Positions 30,531 to 39,751 of a stretch of DNA of 63,522 bases are shown piece after piece. Source of the stretch: Thermoanaerobaculia bacterium. GTDB lineage: Bacteria > Acidobacteriota > Thermoanaerobaculia > Gp7-AA8. Each line of letters begins with the position of its first letter. The first letter of the stretch is position 1. A model generated the notes under the pieces. It ran no database searches. It was not told where the DNA came from and saw only the letters and a program-made list of their open reading frames with translations. A program made the translations under genes and the position numbers. The DNA lies in assembly GCA_036375135.1 (NCBI GenBank), contig DASUSL010000021.1, forward strand, positions 1 to 63,522. The letters are read 5' to 3'.

Positions 30531-31633
30531 GAGGCTTCCCGCGGCAGGCGGAGCTCGACGGTGAATGCGCCCGGCACGTTCAGGATCCGGATCTCGGCGC
30601 GCCCGCCGAAAAGATGCTCGATGCGGCTGCGGACGTTGGCGATGCCGACGCCGGCGCCGGCGCCGGTCTCTTCGCCGCGCATCCCTTTGCCGTCATCGGT
30701 GACGCTGAGCAGCATGTCCGCGTTCCTGCTCTCGACGATGACCGCGATGGAGCCTCCCTCCCTGCGCGCGATCGAATGCCGCACGGCGTTTTCGACGAGC
30801 GGCTGCAGGATCATGCTCGGGATGCGCGCGTCGCGGACGTCGGCCGGCGCATCGATGCGCGTGCGCAGCCGGTCGCCGAACCGCACGTTCTGGATGGCGA
30901 GATAGCGCTCGAGAAACTCCAGCTCGCGCGCGACGGTGACCATCTGTCCCTCGCCGTCGTCGAGCGCGCGGCGCAGCAGCTCGCTGAGGTTGCCCATCGT
31001 CGTTTCCGCCGCAACCGGGTCCTTGCGGATCAGGGTGGTGACGGCATTCAGCGCGTTGAAGAGAAAGTGCGGATGCAGTTGCGCGCGGAGATGCCGCAGC
31101 TCCGCCTCCGAAAGCCGCGCCTGCAGGATCGCGGAGCTGCGGGACCGCTCCACGGCGGCGCGATAGGTCTCGTGCGCGGCGAAGCACGCGGTGACGAGAA
31201 AGGCGTTGAGGAATTCGCGGTGCGCCGCGCTCGCCACGAACGTGCCGACCACGCTCCAGCTCAGCTGCACCGGCGGAGTGGCCGTGAGTCCGAGCGCGTT
31301 CAGCGCCACGTGCACGCCCAGCCGGACGAACCCCGCCACCGCGGCCACGGAGACGAGCAGCGCCACGTTCCGGCCGGGCCGGTACTCGGAGAGGCGAAGC
31401 CGCACCGCGGCGAAGAGGATGAAGACGGAGAGCGGGATCCACGGCACGAACCAGAGGACGATCGCGGTGCCGTCTTCGCCCCACGACCGCCACTGGCCGT
31501 TCGCGTTCAGCACCGAGTACTGCTGGGTGACCAGGAAGGCCATGAACGTGAGCCAGTACGCGCCGACCTCCGCCACGCGACGCCACACCTCGGCCCACGA
31601 CAACCCGCGAATCACGCCGCTAGAGCAGCACAC
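30527..31633 (-). CDS. LytS/YehU-type sensor histidine kinase
   Basis: Multi-TM N-terminus, His_kinase motif LRAQLHPHFLFNALN, HATPase_c C-terminus. GTG start preceded by GAGGG. Confidence 0.8.
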   Translation of the reverse strand: MCCSSGVIRGLSWAEVWRRVAEVGAYWLTFMAFLVTQQYSVLNANGQWRSWGEDGTAIVLWFVPWIPLSVFILFAAVRLRLSEYRPGRNVALLVSVAAVAGFVRLGVHVALNALGLTATPPVQLSWSVVGTFVASAAHREFLNAFLVTACFAAHETYRAAVERSRSSAILQARLSEAELRHLRAQLHPHFLFNALNAVTTLIRKDPVAAETTMGNLSELLRRALDDGEGQMVTVARELEFLERYLAIQNVRFGDRLRTRIDAPADVRDARIPSMILQPLVENAVRHSIARREGGSIAVIVESRNADMLLSVTDDGKGMRGEETGAGAGVGIANVRSRIEHLFGGRAEIRILNVPGAFTVELRLPREAS

Positions 31634-31672
31634 TTTTTTCCCTCAGTAAAGAAAGGACACCAAGGGTTTGCA

Positions 31673-31701
31673 GAGGCCCGGCCGCAATGCGGCCGGGCCT
31701 C
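31673..31701 (-). terminator. GC-rich hairpin after the RHS gene stop (putative terminator)
   Basis: GAGGCCCGGCCGC-AAT-GCGGCCGGGCCTC, a 13-bp stem 5 nt after the stop. A T-rich stretch follows only after ~20 nt on the minus strand. Confidence 0.5.
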
Positions 31702-31706
31702 GAGCG

Positions 31707-34700
31707 TCAGAAGCCTGAAGAGAAATAACCGCCGCACTGGTTGTTTCGATTGCCGGCACGGTTGATCGTCGCATTCCAGACCGCCTGCGCGCCTACCTTC
31801 ACGGTACCGACGACCAGACCTCCGGCTGCGCCGGCCGCGGTGCCGACAACCGGCACGGCGTTTCCGACGAGCGCACCGATGCCCACCGAGATCGGGATAA
31901 AGGACACGCCCATTTTCGTTTCGTGCCACACATCTTGTGCCCAGCTGCTGGAATTTGCGGACGCGGCGCACTGCCGGTAAGCCTCGTTGCGCGCACGAGC
32001 GGCGGCGCGGTTCTCCGCCTCGCTCGGGCGCTGGATCAGCGGTGCCGACGGGGGACAGGTGGAAACCGTACAGGGCACGATGCGCGGATTGCCCGGATCG
32101 TACGCATCCTGCGCCATCCGCTCCATGCGCCACCGCTCGAAGATTTCGTCCTCCCACCAGTTGCAGAGGCCGAAGCGGCAGGCCACCACCACCAACTCGT
32201 CCAGGCGGTAGATCGGATCGGGATCGCTGTAAGGACTCAGTCCGCTCGGATCGCGTCCATTGATCGGCTCATTGTTCCGGTACGCGTACGTATTCAATCC
32301 GCCGCTCAGGCCGATCGGATCCTCGCTGATGAAGCGGCCGAGCTCCGGGTCGTACCAGCGGTTGCGCACGTAATACAGACGGATGCCGGCGTCGAGCTCG
32401 CGTGCCATGAAACGCAGCGGCTGCGCGGTCCCGTCGCCCTTCCCGGTGGCGATGGCTTCACCGAACGGCGTGTATGCGTATTCACCCGCCACCGCGCCGT
32501 TCTGATCCAGGATCGCACGCACGTGCCCGGGGCGCTCGAGGACGTAGTAATGCACGAGCTGTCCGCCGGGGATGTTCTCGCGCACGCTCAACGGCTGATC
32601 GGTCCCGGGCAGGTGGACGTATTCGCGGATCGGCGCGCCGTCCGCTCCGAGCTCGAGCAGCAGGTCCTCGTCCTCGTACACGTAATAGCGCGACGTTCCG
32701 CCCGCGGTGCGGCGCACGCGCCGCCCCATGGCGTCATAGCCGAACGTGAGGACATCGCCGTTCGTGGTGACGCTGGCGAGCTGGCCGAGGCTGTTCCAGG
32801 CCAGCTGCTGGTCGAAGCCCGCCTTCGACTTGCGGGTGAGATTCCCTTCGAGGTCGTATTCGAGCGTGTAGCCCGCAAACGACGTATAGCGGTTGCTGTT
32901 CGCCGCGACGACGCTGCCGGAATCGGTGCGGTTCCCGGCGTCGTCGTATGTGTATGCGGCGGAGCGGAGCGTGCTCCACGTCGGATTGCACGTCTGGATG
33001 CGCGGATTGCAGCCCACCGGCGGCAGCGCCGCGGAGTGCAGGTACGACTCCAGCGCTCCGGCGAACGTGTATTTGTAGCCCCACTTGATGTTACCCAGGC
33101 TGTTCGTGCGCTCTTTCACCCGATCGATGCGGTCGTACGCGTACGCGACGCCGAGGGCCTGGTTCAATGACGAATTGCTGAACGACGAACTGTTGTGGCG
33201 GCCGTCGGAAGCAATGAAGTGATTGTGCACGGCGCCGTTCGGATACACGGTGCGCACGTGATTTCCCGAGCCGTCGTACGTCAGGCTGGTGGTGCCGCCG
33301 TACGGGTCGGTGAGCAGCAGCTCGCTTCCCTCCGGCTGCGGGATCGATTGATAGCGAAATGTCGCCGTGCGCTGCAGCACGTCGTTCAGATAGAAATTGA
33401 GATCGTTGCCGACCGGGTTCAGAGGGTCTTCGGGGTCGAGCGCCAGCTTCAGCTCCCAGGCGCGGCCCGGCAGCCCGGCCAGCGTCGTCCTGAGCGACTC
33501 GAGCTGACCGAACGAGGGGCTCATTTTCTTCGTATACGTACCCTCGGCATTCGTGGCCACGAAGGTATTGCGGTCGGGATAGCTGTACGTGGTCACGGCA
33601 TTGTCGGCCGTGCGTGTGAGCGTGCGATGCGCGCTGTCGTACGTATAGAGGACCGGGGCCTCACGCCGGTCTTTCTTCGATAGCAACAGGCCGTCCGCGT
33701 CGTAGGTGTACGTGCGCGGCTGTACGCCGTCGGGGAACGTTTCCGATTCGAGCCAGCCGAGGGCGTTGTACGTGAAGCCGAAGACCTTGCCGGCCGGATC
33801 GGTCACGCGCGACACGCGCTCGCCGCTGTAATCGATTTTCGTGACGCGACTGAGCGCGTCAGTGATTTCGCGCACGCGATTGCGCGAGTCGTAGACCGTA
33901 ATGGTCTGTTGCGAGAGGGGATTCGTGGTGGTGTGCTGCCGTCCCGCGCTGTCGTACGTAAACGACGTGGTGCTCGACGTGCCGTCCGCCAGGATCTCGC
34001 GCACCGATGCGACATTCCCCCAGTCGCCGTACGTCCATTCGCGGCGCTCGCCTTTCGGCCCGGTCAGGCCGGTGCGGCGATAGAGCGCGTCGTACTCGTA
34101 GGTCGTGCCATTGCGCTCGTAATCCGCCCGCTCGCCGTACCAGGAGTGCACGAGCTGGCCGCGGCTGCCCCACGAATACCACTGCGTTCTGCCGGCCGTG
34201 ACGATGTAATCGGGATGATCGGTGCGCGATTCGTAGACCGCCTGATAGTCGGGGAAGCCGTGCACGCGGCGCGCGATGAGCTGGCCGCGGCCGTTCCAGT
34301 CGTACTCCGTCTTCATGCCGTCGGGATCGATCTCCGCCGTGCGCAGCCCGTTGGTCGTATACGTGAAGCTGCTCACCCCTTCGGTGAGATCGCTGATCGC
34401 CAGCGGCTGCCCGTAGCGATTCCTCGTGACCGACACCTTGTGATCGCGGGCATCGACGATCTCCTCGGACGCTTTCGACGGCTCGACCGCGGGCGCGAGC
34501 TGCTCGAGTCCGGTGCCCTGCGTCGCCAGCAGCGTCGTCTTCCATTCGGCGCGCTGGTACTTCGTCCAGGGGCGCAACTGCCGCCCCTCGGCCGTAATGG
34601 TCGGCGCGTACATCGCGGAGAACGTACCGCGATAGAAGAAGGTGTCCCACGTGCCGTTCTCGTCGGTGAACGACGTCGGCAGGTGCGTGGTGGTGTAGGC

Positions 34701-36068
34701 GACCTGCATGGCCGTCTGCCCGGACAGCGCGACGAGATCTCCCGACGCATTGATGGTCAGTGAGAGCTCGCGGCCCGCGGGGTCGGTGACCTTCTGGAGG
34801 AACCCGGCGGCCGTGTAAGTGAAGGTGGTCGTCTTCTGCACCGGATCGCTGATCGATGCGAGGACCGGCACCGCCGCGGCGTCGGCGGTGTTCTGCCAGG
34901 CGAAGGCGGTCGAGCGGCCGTGCGGATCGGTCGACGTGGTGATCAGGCCGCGGCTGTCGAATTTCGTCACCGAGTTGTCGGGATGGATGCGCGTCCAGAC
35001 GCCGGCGTTGCGGTCGTAAGTGAGCTCCGTGAAATCGCCCTCCGGACGCTCGAACGTGCAGAAGCTCGGCGTGCAGGGGATGCTGCCGTACCAGCGCAGG
35101 CGCCCGTCCCCTTCGTGCAGGATGACGCCACCGGTCGCGCCGTAGATGCGCGGAATGCCGCCGATGGTCCACCCTGCGCCATAACGGCTGGCCGACTCGT
35201 TGACGATCAATACGCGCGCCGTGACGCGTTTCTCCTTGAACGTCCCGTCATTGAAGTACGAGCGCACGGCGACGGTGTAGTTGTACGCGCCGGTCGCGCG
35301 GGCGCGCATCGACCAGAACACGGCCATGCGCTGCTTTTCCCCGGCCGGCTGTTTCGCCCAGAAATATTCGCGGCCCACCACTCGGCCGTCGCTCCCGATC
35401 ACCTGCAGCGACATCGCCTTCACGTTCGCGGCGGTGCGCGGGTCGGGTTTCGCGTCCACCTGCACGTACGCATTCGGGCTGGCCAGCTCGCTCCTGTAGA
35501 CCAGCGAGACGCTGCGTGGCGTGTCCAGGCTCACGTACGCCGGCGTCGTGTAGGCCAGCGTCAATTGCGACGCATTCGTGTCGCGGTACTGGTCGTGATG
35601 CGCGTCGGTATACACGAGCGGCAGGCCCGGATCGGTGAACGCCACGCGGAACGTGGCCGTGGCCGTCCTCTCGTTGCCGTGAACGTCGCGGGCGCGGATG
35701 GTGAGGACGTTGTCACCAAGGCGGCGCAGATGGATCTGGCCCGTCACCGTCCAGTGTGTGCCGTCCGCGAACGACTCGCGCGTGGAGTTGCCCAGCTCCG
35801 CTCCGTCGGTGAAGAAGTTGTAGGACGAGTCGTCGAGGCCACTGCGGTCGAACAGCGTGGCCGTGTACGTCACGCTGTGCGTCGTCCCTTCGTCGAAGAG
35901 ATACGTCTCCCCGGTGGGATTGATGACGATGGACGGCCCGGCGGTGTCCGGCACGTCGCAGCCCGGATCGGCGCATTGTGCGGATGCGGGCGAGCGCGCG
36001 AGCACGAGCCAGATGCAGAACAGGATTGCGGACAGCGTCCGCGGGTAATGCCGATGATCGATGTTCAT
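31707..36068 (-). CDS. RHS/YD-repeat protein with signal peptide and unassigned 176-aa C-terminal domain
   Basis: Dozens of YD repeats (e.g. YTYDADGLLLSK, FTYDSAGRQ). RHS core end PLRFMARELDAGIRLYYVRNRWYDPELGRFISEDPIGLSGGLNTYAYRNNEPINGRDPSGL. N-terminal leader MNIDHRHYPRTLSAILFCIWLVLARSPASA. The ATG at 36068 has GGAG 8 nt upstream; the track start is 36116. Confidence 0.9.
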   Translation of the reverse strand: MNIDHRHYPRTLSAILFCIWLVLARSPASAQCADPGCDVPDTAGPSIVINPTGETYLFDEGTTHSVTYTATLFDRSGLDDSSYNFFTDGAELGNSTRESFADGTHWTVTGQIHLRRLGDNVLTIRARDVHGNERTATATFRVAFTDPGLPLVYTDAHHDQYRDTNASQLTLAYTTPAYVSLDTPRSVSLVYRSELASPNAYVQVDAKPDPRTAANVKAMSLQVIGSDGRVVGREYFWAKQPAGEKQRMAVFWSMRARATGAYNYTVAVRSYFNDGTFKEKRVTARVLIVNESASRYGAGWTIGGIPRIYGATGGVILHEGDGRLRWYGSIPCTPSFCTFERPEGDFTELTYDRNAGVWTRIHPDNSVTKFDSRGLITTSTDPHGRSTAFAWQNTADAAAVPVLASISDPVQKTTTFTYTAAGFLQKVTDPAGRELSLTINASGDLVALSGQTAMQVAYTTTHLPTSFTDENGTWDTFFYRGTFSAMYAPTITAEGRQLRPWTKYQRAEWKTTLLATQGTGLEQLAPAVEPSKASEEIVDARDHKVSVTRNRYGQPLAISDLTEGVSSFTYTTNGLRTAEIDPDGMKTEYDWNGRGQLIARRVHGFPDYQAVYESRTDHPDYIVTAGRTQWYSWGSRGQLVHSWYGERADYERNGTTYEYDALYRRTGLTGPKGERREWTYGDWGNVASVREILADGTSSTTSFTYDSAGRQHTTTNPLSQQTITVYDSRNRVREITDALSRVTKIDYSGERVSRVTDPAGKVFGFTYNALGWLESETFPDGVQPRTYTYDADGLLLSKKDRREAPVLYTYDSAHRTLTRTADNAVTTYSYPDRNTFVATNAEGTYTKKMSPSFGQLESLRTTLAGLPGRAWELKLALDPEDPLNPVGNDLNFYLNDVLQRTATFRYQSIPQPEGSELLLTDPYGGTTSLTYDGSGNHVRTVYPNGAVHNHFIASDGRHNSSSFSNSSLNQALGVAYAYDRIDRVKERTNSLGNIKWGYKYTFAGALESYLHSAALPPVGCNPRIQTCNPTWSTLRSAAYTYDDAGNRTDSGSVVAANSNRYTSFAGYTLEYDLEGNLTRKSKAGFDQQLAWNSLGQLASVTTNGDVLTFGYDAMGRRVRRTAGGTSRYYVYEDEDLLLELGADGAPIREYVHLPGTDQPLSVRENIPGGQLVHYYVLERPGHVRAILDQNGAVAGEYAYTPFGEAIATGKGDGTAQPLRFMARELDAGIRLYYVRNRWYDPELGRFISEDPIGLSGGLNTYAYRNNEPINGRDPSGLSPYSDPDPIYRLDELVVVACRFGLCNWWEDEIFERWRMERMAQDAYDPGNPRIVPCTVSTCPPSAPLIQRPSEAENRAAARARNEAYRQCAASANSSSWAQDVWHETKMGVSFIPISVGIGALVGNAVPVVGTAAGAAGGLVVGTVKVGAQAVWNATINRAGNRNNQCGGYFSSGF

Positions 36069-36194
36069 GTTGGTGTCTCCCGCGGCCATCGTCAGAGCGC
36101 GCGGAGAGACAGACAAGACACCTTGTGACGAGCGGATGCCGGCTGTTGCGGATGGAGGCGGGGCGGTGACGAATCGATGCGCGACTGTGCGCGC

Positions 36195-37457
36195 TCACCG
36201 CCGCAACTGGCTCGGCAGCGTCGGCGTGGAGATCATTTCCTTGAACGCCGACCAGCGGTCGCTGCTCTTCTCCACGTGTGCGCGCACGAGGTCCTGGCCG
36301 AGGTTGTAGTTGATGACGTAGGAGCGATAGCGCTCGGCGAACTTGAGCTGCTGCTCCGCGCGCTCGGGAGTCTGGAGGCCGTACTGCTGCAGCCACGCCT
36401 TCGCCTGCTCGCGCGTGATCTCGCCGTCGAGCCAGCGGCGCGCGATCTCGCTCGTGGCGTAGCCGAGCGCGTTGGTCGCGCGGCTGATGCGGTGGAAGCG
36501 CGCGGCCTCCTTCGGATCGAGGCCGGCCAGCGGGAAGAGCACGTCGCGCTCGAACGCGTCCTTCTCCGCTTCCGTGAACGCCACGTGCAGGCCGTAGTTG
36601 CCCGTCCCTTCGGCGATGAGTGACTGCGGGCTGTTCAGCGGATAGATCGAGAACTCCACCCAGCCGCGGTCGCGCACGAGATTCTTCTCCAGCAGCACGT
36701 TGTACGTGTGGTGTCCCGGATAGCCCTCGTGGCAGGCCAGGTCGAGGGCGCGGCCGATGCTCACCGGCAGATCGGTGTTCACCTGGATGAGGCTCGTGTA
36801 GTTGCCCTTGTACCAGTTGTAGCCGGCCCACGGCTGGTTCTTCACGTACTCGAGCGTGAACTTCTCTTCCGCCGGCAGGGTGATGTTCTTCAGCGTGCGC
36901 GCGCGGCATTCCTGCAGCGCCGCGCGCATCACCGCGTCGACGCGCTCCGGCGCGATCTCGAACTGCTTGCGATACGCCGCGATGCGCTCCGTCAGCGGTC
37001 CGCTGCCCGGCAGTTCCTTCTCCAGCGACGCCACGGCCTCGGCAAAATACGAGTCGGGACGGCGCTCCGGCGTCACGCCGTACAACAGCCGCGCTTCCTC
37101 CTCGAAGGGGAACTTCTTCCCCTGCAGCATCTCCGCTTTCGTGACCAGCGCGCCGAGCTGTTCGATGAGGTAGTTGCGCCGCAGCGCGAGCATGCGATCC
37201 GCGGGGACCGGTGTTCGCCGAATCGTTTCGCGAAGCGCGCTCGCCTCCGCATGAATCGCGGCGACGGGCTTGTTCTCGGTCTTCGCCTGCTCCCGCCACT
37301 CCGGCGGACCGTAGTAGGCATCGACCCAATCGGCGTCGTGCTGTCCGAGGGCGAGGTTCAGTCGGACGTAGTCTCTGGCGTGCTGATCCAGGGCAACGGG
37401 CGTCCGATGTGCACACGCGGCGGTCAGTAGAACTGCGAACAGCAGGATGCGTTTCAT
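36195..37457 (-). CDS. DUF885-family lipoprotein (metallopeptidase-like)
   Basis: Lipobox MKRILLFAVLLTAAC and HEGYPGHH motif characteristic of DUF885. Confidence 0.6.
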   Translation of the reverse strand: MKRILLFAVLLTAACAHRTPVALDQHARDYVRLNLALGQHDADWVDAYYGPPEWREQAKTENKPVAAIHAEASALRETIRRTPVPADRMLALRRNYLIEQLGALVTKAEMLQGKKFPFEEEARLLYGVTPERRPDSYFAEAVASLEKELPGSGPLTERIAAYRKQFEIAPERVDAVMRAALQECRARTLKNITLPAEEKFTLEYVKNQPWAGYNWYKGNYTSLIQVNTDLPVSIGRALDLACHEGYPGHHTYNVLLEKNLVRDRGWVEFSIYPLNSPQSLIAEGTGNYGLHVAFTEAEKDAFERDVLFPLAGLDPKEAARFHRISRATNALGYATSEIARRWLDGEITREQAKAWLQQYGLQTPERAEQQLKFAERYRSYVINYNLGQDLVRAHVEKSSDRWSAFKEMISTPTLPSQLRR

Positions 37458-37492
37458 GGCGCCGCAGTCATACCATGCGCCCCGCAAATGTA

Positions 37493-37512
37493 GGGCGGGC
37501 TTCAGCCCGCCG
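37493..37512. repeat. family D GC-hairpin in a divergent promoter region
   Basis: GGGCGGGC-TTCA-GCCCGCCG, between the starts of the DUF885 gene (37457) and the S46 gene (37532). Confidence 0.75.
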
Positions 37513-37531
37513 ATGGACACAAGGAGATCGA

Positions 37532-39697
37532 ATGTTTCGAAAGATGTTGACTGGCTTTGCCGCGCTCGCTCTGTCGGCGACGGCCGCCCTGGCCGACGAC
37601 GGCATGTGGATGCCGCAGCAGATCCCCGCCCTCGGTGACGAGCTGAAGAAGCTCGGCCTGAAGATGGACCCGAAGCAGCTCGCCGATCTCACCGGCTTTC
37701 CGATGGGCGCCATCGTCAGCCTCGGCGGCTGCAGCGCCTCGTTCGTTTCGCCCGACGGGCTGGTGGCGACCAACCATCACTGCGTCTACGGCGCGCTGCA
37801 GTACAACTCCACCGCGCAGAACGACCTCGTCAAGAACGGCTTCCTGGCGAAGACGAAGAGCGAGGAGATCCAGGCGCTGCCTGACGCGCGCGTCTACGTC
37901 ACGACGAGCATCGAAGACGTGACCAGCCAGGTTCTCGGCGCGATCCCCGCGAACGCGAGCGACGCCGAGCGCGACCGCCTCATCACCCGCCGTCGCCGCG
38001 AGATGATCAACGCGTGCGAGCAGGGTGGCGGCAAGCGCTGTCTCGTCTCGTCGTTCTTCGAGGGCGGGCAGTACCTGCGCCTGACGCAGATGGAGATCCG
38101 CGACGTCCGTCTCGTCTACGCGCCGGCCCTCGGCGTCGGCAACTACGGCGACGAGATCGACAACTGGATGTGGCCGCGCCACACGGGCGACTTCGGCTTC
38201 TACCGCGCGTACGTCGGCAAGGACGGCAAGCCGGCCGACTTCTCGAAGGAGAACGTTCCGTACAAGCCGAAGCACTTCCTGAAGATCTCCACGCGCGACC
38301 TGAATGAGGACGATCTCGTGCTCGTCGCCGGCACGCCCGGCGTCACCAACCGGCACGCCGTGGCCTCGGAGTTCCAGGACGCGCTGGAGTTCGACCTGCC
38401 GACCTCCGTCCGCTACCGCACCATGCTGCGCGACGCGCTGAACGAGCGCGGCAAGACCAGCCGCGAGATCGCGCTGAAGAACGCCAGCCGCATCGCCGGC
38501 TTCGAGAACTACCTGAAGAAGCACACCGGCACGCTGGAAGCGTTCAAGCGCGACGACATCCTGAACGAGCGGCAGACCCTCGAGCGCCGCGACCGCCGCG
38601 CGCTCGACGAGAAGCTCGCCGCGTCGTACGACACCGCCAGCGAGGAGCTGGCGAAGATCCTGGAGACGCAGCGCGCCACGCGCGAGCGCGACGCGCTCTT
38701 CGGCTGGCTCTACACGTCGTCGCCGATGTTGACGCAGGCGAACCATCTCTATCGCCTCAGCGTGGAGAAGACGAAGGACGATCTCGACCGCGCCGAGGAC
38801 TACACGGAGCGGAATCGCAAGAAGCTGCAGCAGACGCTGACGCGCAACCGCCGCAACATCGAGCCGGGCAGCGACCGCGCCGGACTGCGCCTCTTCCTGC
38901 TCGAGGCGACGAAGCTTCCCGCCGGACAGCGCATCGCGCCGATCGACGCCGCGCTGACGGCCACCGGCAAGCCGACGCCGGAGGCGCAGGTCGACGCGCT
39001 GCTCGACAGGATTTACGCCTCGACGAAGATCGGCGATGCCACGGCCGAGGAGCAGATGTTCGGTGAGACGACCGCGCAGCTCACCGCGCGCAACGACTCG
39101 ATGGTCGCCTTCGCGGCGTCGCTGCGTCCCTTCGCGTCTCAGCTCGACGAGGCCAAGGCCGCGCGCGCCGGCGCGATGTCGCGCCTCCGTCCGGTCATGC
39201 TCGACGCGCTCCGCGCCGCGCGCGGCGGACGGCTCTATCCCGATGCGAACGGCACGCTGCGCGTCGGCTTCGGACAGGTGAAGGGCTACGCGCCGCGCAA
39301 CGCGGTCTGGTACGACGCGCAGACCGACATCCGCGGCATCCTGGAGAAGGAGACGGGGGAGGAGCCGTTCGCCAGCCCGGCGCGCCTGCTCGAGCGCGCG
39401 CGGAAGGAAGAGTTCGGCCCGTACATCGACGCGAAGCTGCGCCGCCTGCCGGTCGCGTTCATCTCCACGAACGTCGTCACCAACGGCAGCTCCGGCTCGG
39501 CCACGCTGAACGCGTGGGGTGAGCTGTGCGGCCTGGCCTTCGACTCGAACTGGGAAGGGGTCGGCTCCGACTTCTTCGTCGCAGAGAGCATCACCCGCAC
39601 CATCCACGTCGACTCGCGCTACATGCTGTGGGTCATGGACGCGGTGGACGACGCGGACCACCTCCTGCGCGAGATGGGCATTACGCCGCAGTTGTAA
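37532..39697 (+). CDS. S46 family dipeptidyl-peptidase (DPP7/DPP11-like), exported
   Basis: Mature N-terminus DDGMWMPQQIP, catalytic His in VATNHHC, Ser in TNGSSGSA. AAGGAG Shine-Dalgarno sequence before the ATG at 37532. Confidence 0.85.
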   Translation: MFRKMLTGFAALALSATAALADDGMWMPQQIPALGDELKKLGLKMDPKQLADLTGFPMGAIVSLGGCSASFVSPDGLVATNHHCVYGALQYNSTAQNDLVKNGFLAKTKSEEIQALPDARVYVTTSIEDVTSQVLGAIPANASDAERDRLITRRRREMINACEQGGGKRCLVSSFFEGGQYLRLTQMEIRDVRLVYAPALGVGNYGDEIDNWMWPRHTGDFGFYRAYVGKDGKPADFSKENVPYKPKHFLKISTRDLNEDDLVLVAGTPGVTNRHAVASEFQDALEFDLPTSVRYRTMLRDALNERGKTSREIALKNASRIAGFENYLKKHTGTLEAFKRDDILNERQTLERRDRRALDEKLAASYDTASEELAKILETQRATRERDALFGWLYTSSPMLTQANHLYRLSVEKTKDDLDRAEDYTERNRKKLQQTLTRNRRNIEPGSDRAGLRLFLLEATKLPAGQRIAPIDAALTATGKPTPEAQVDALLDRIYASTKIGDATAEEQMFGETTAQLTARNDSMVAFAASLRPFASQLDEAKAARAGAMSRLRPVMLDALRAARGGRLYPDANGTLRVGFGQVKGYAPRNAVWYDAQTDIRGILEKETGEEPFASPARLLERARKEEFGPYIDAKLRRLPVAFISTNVVTNGSSGSATLNAWGELCGLAFDSNWEGVGSDFFVAESITRTIHVDSRYMLWVMDAVDDADHLLREMGITPQL

Positions 39698-39714
39698 GGG
39701 TTCAGTACGGTGGC

Positions 39715-39734
39715 GGGCGGGCTTCGGCCCGCCC
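39715..39734. repeat. family D GC-hairpin after the S46 peptidase gene
   Basis: GGGCGGGC-TTCG-GCCCGCCC, 18 nt after the stop with no T tract. Confidence 0.75.
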
Positions 39735-39751
39735 ATGTACCATAAACCCCG

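Noticed and set aside
27939-30905. 988-aa plus-strand ORF and the 693-aa minus-strand ORF (28354-30435) over the M1 peptidase, response-regulator and kinase region
   Set aside because: They are out of frame or antisense to three genes with clear catalytic motifs, and their composition is Arg/Gly/Ala-biased.
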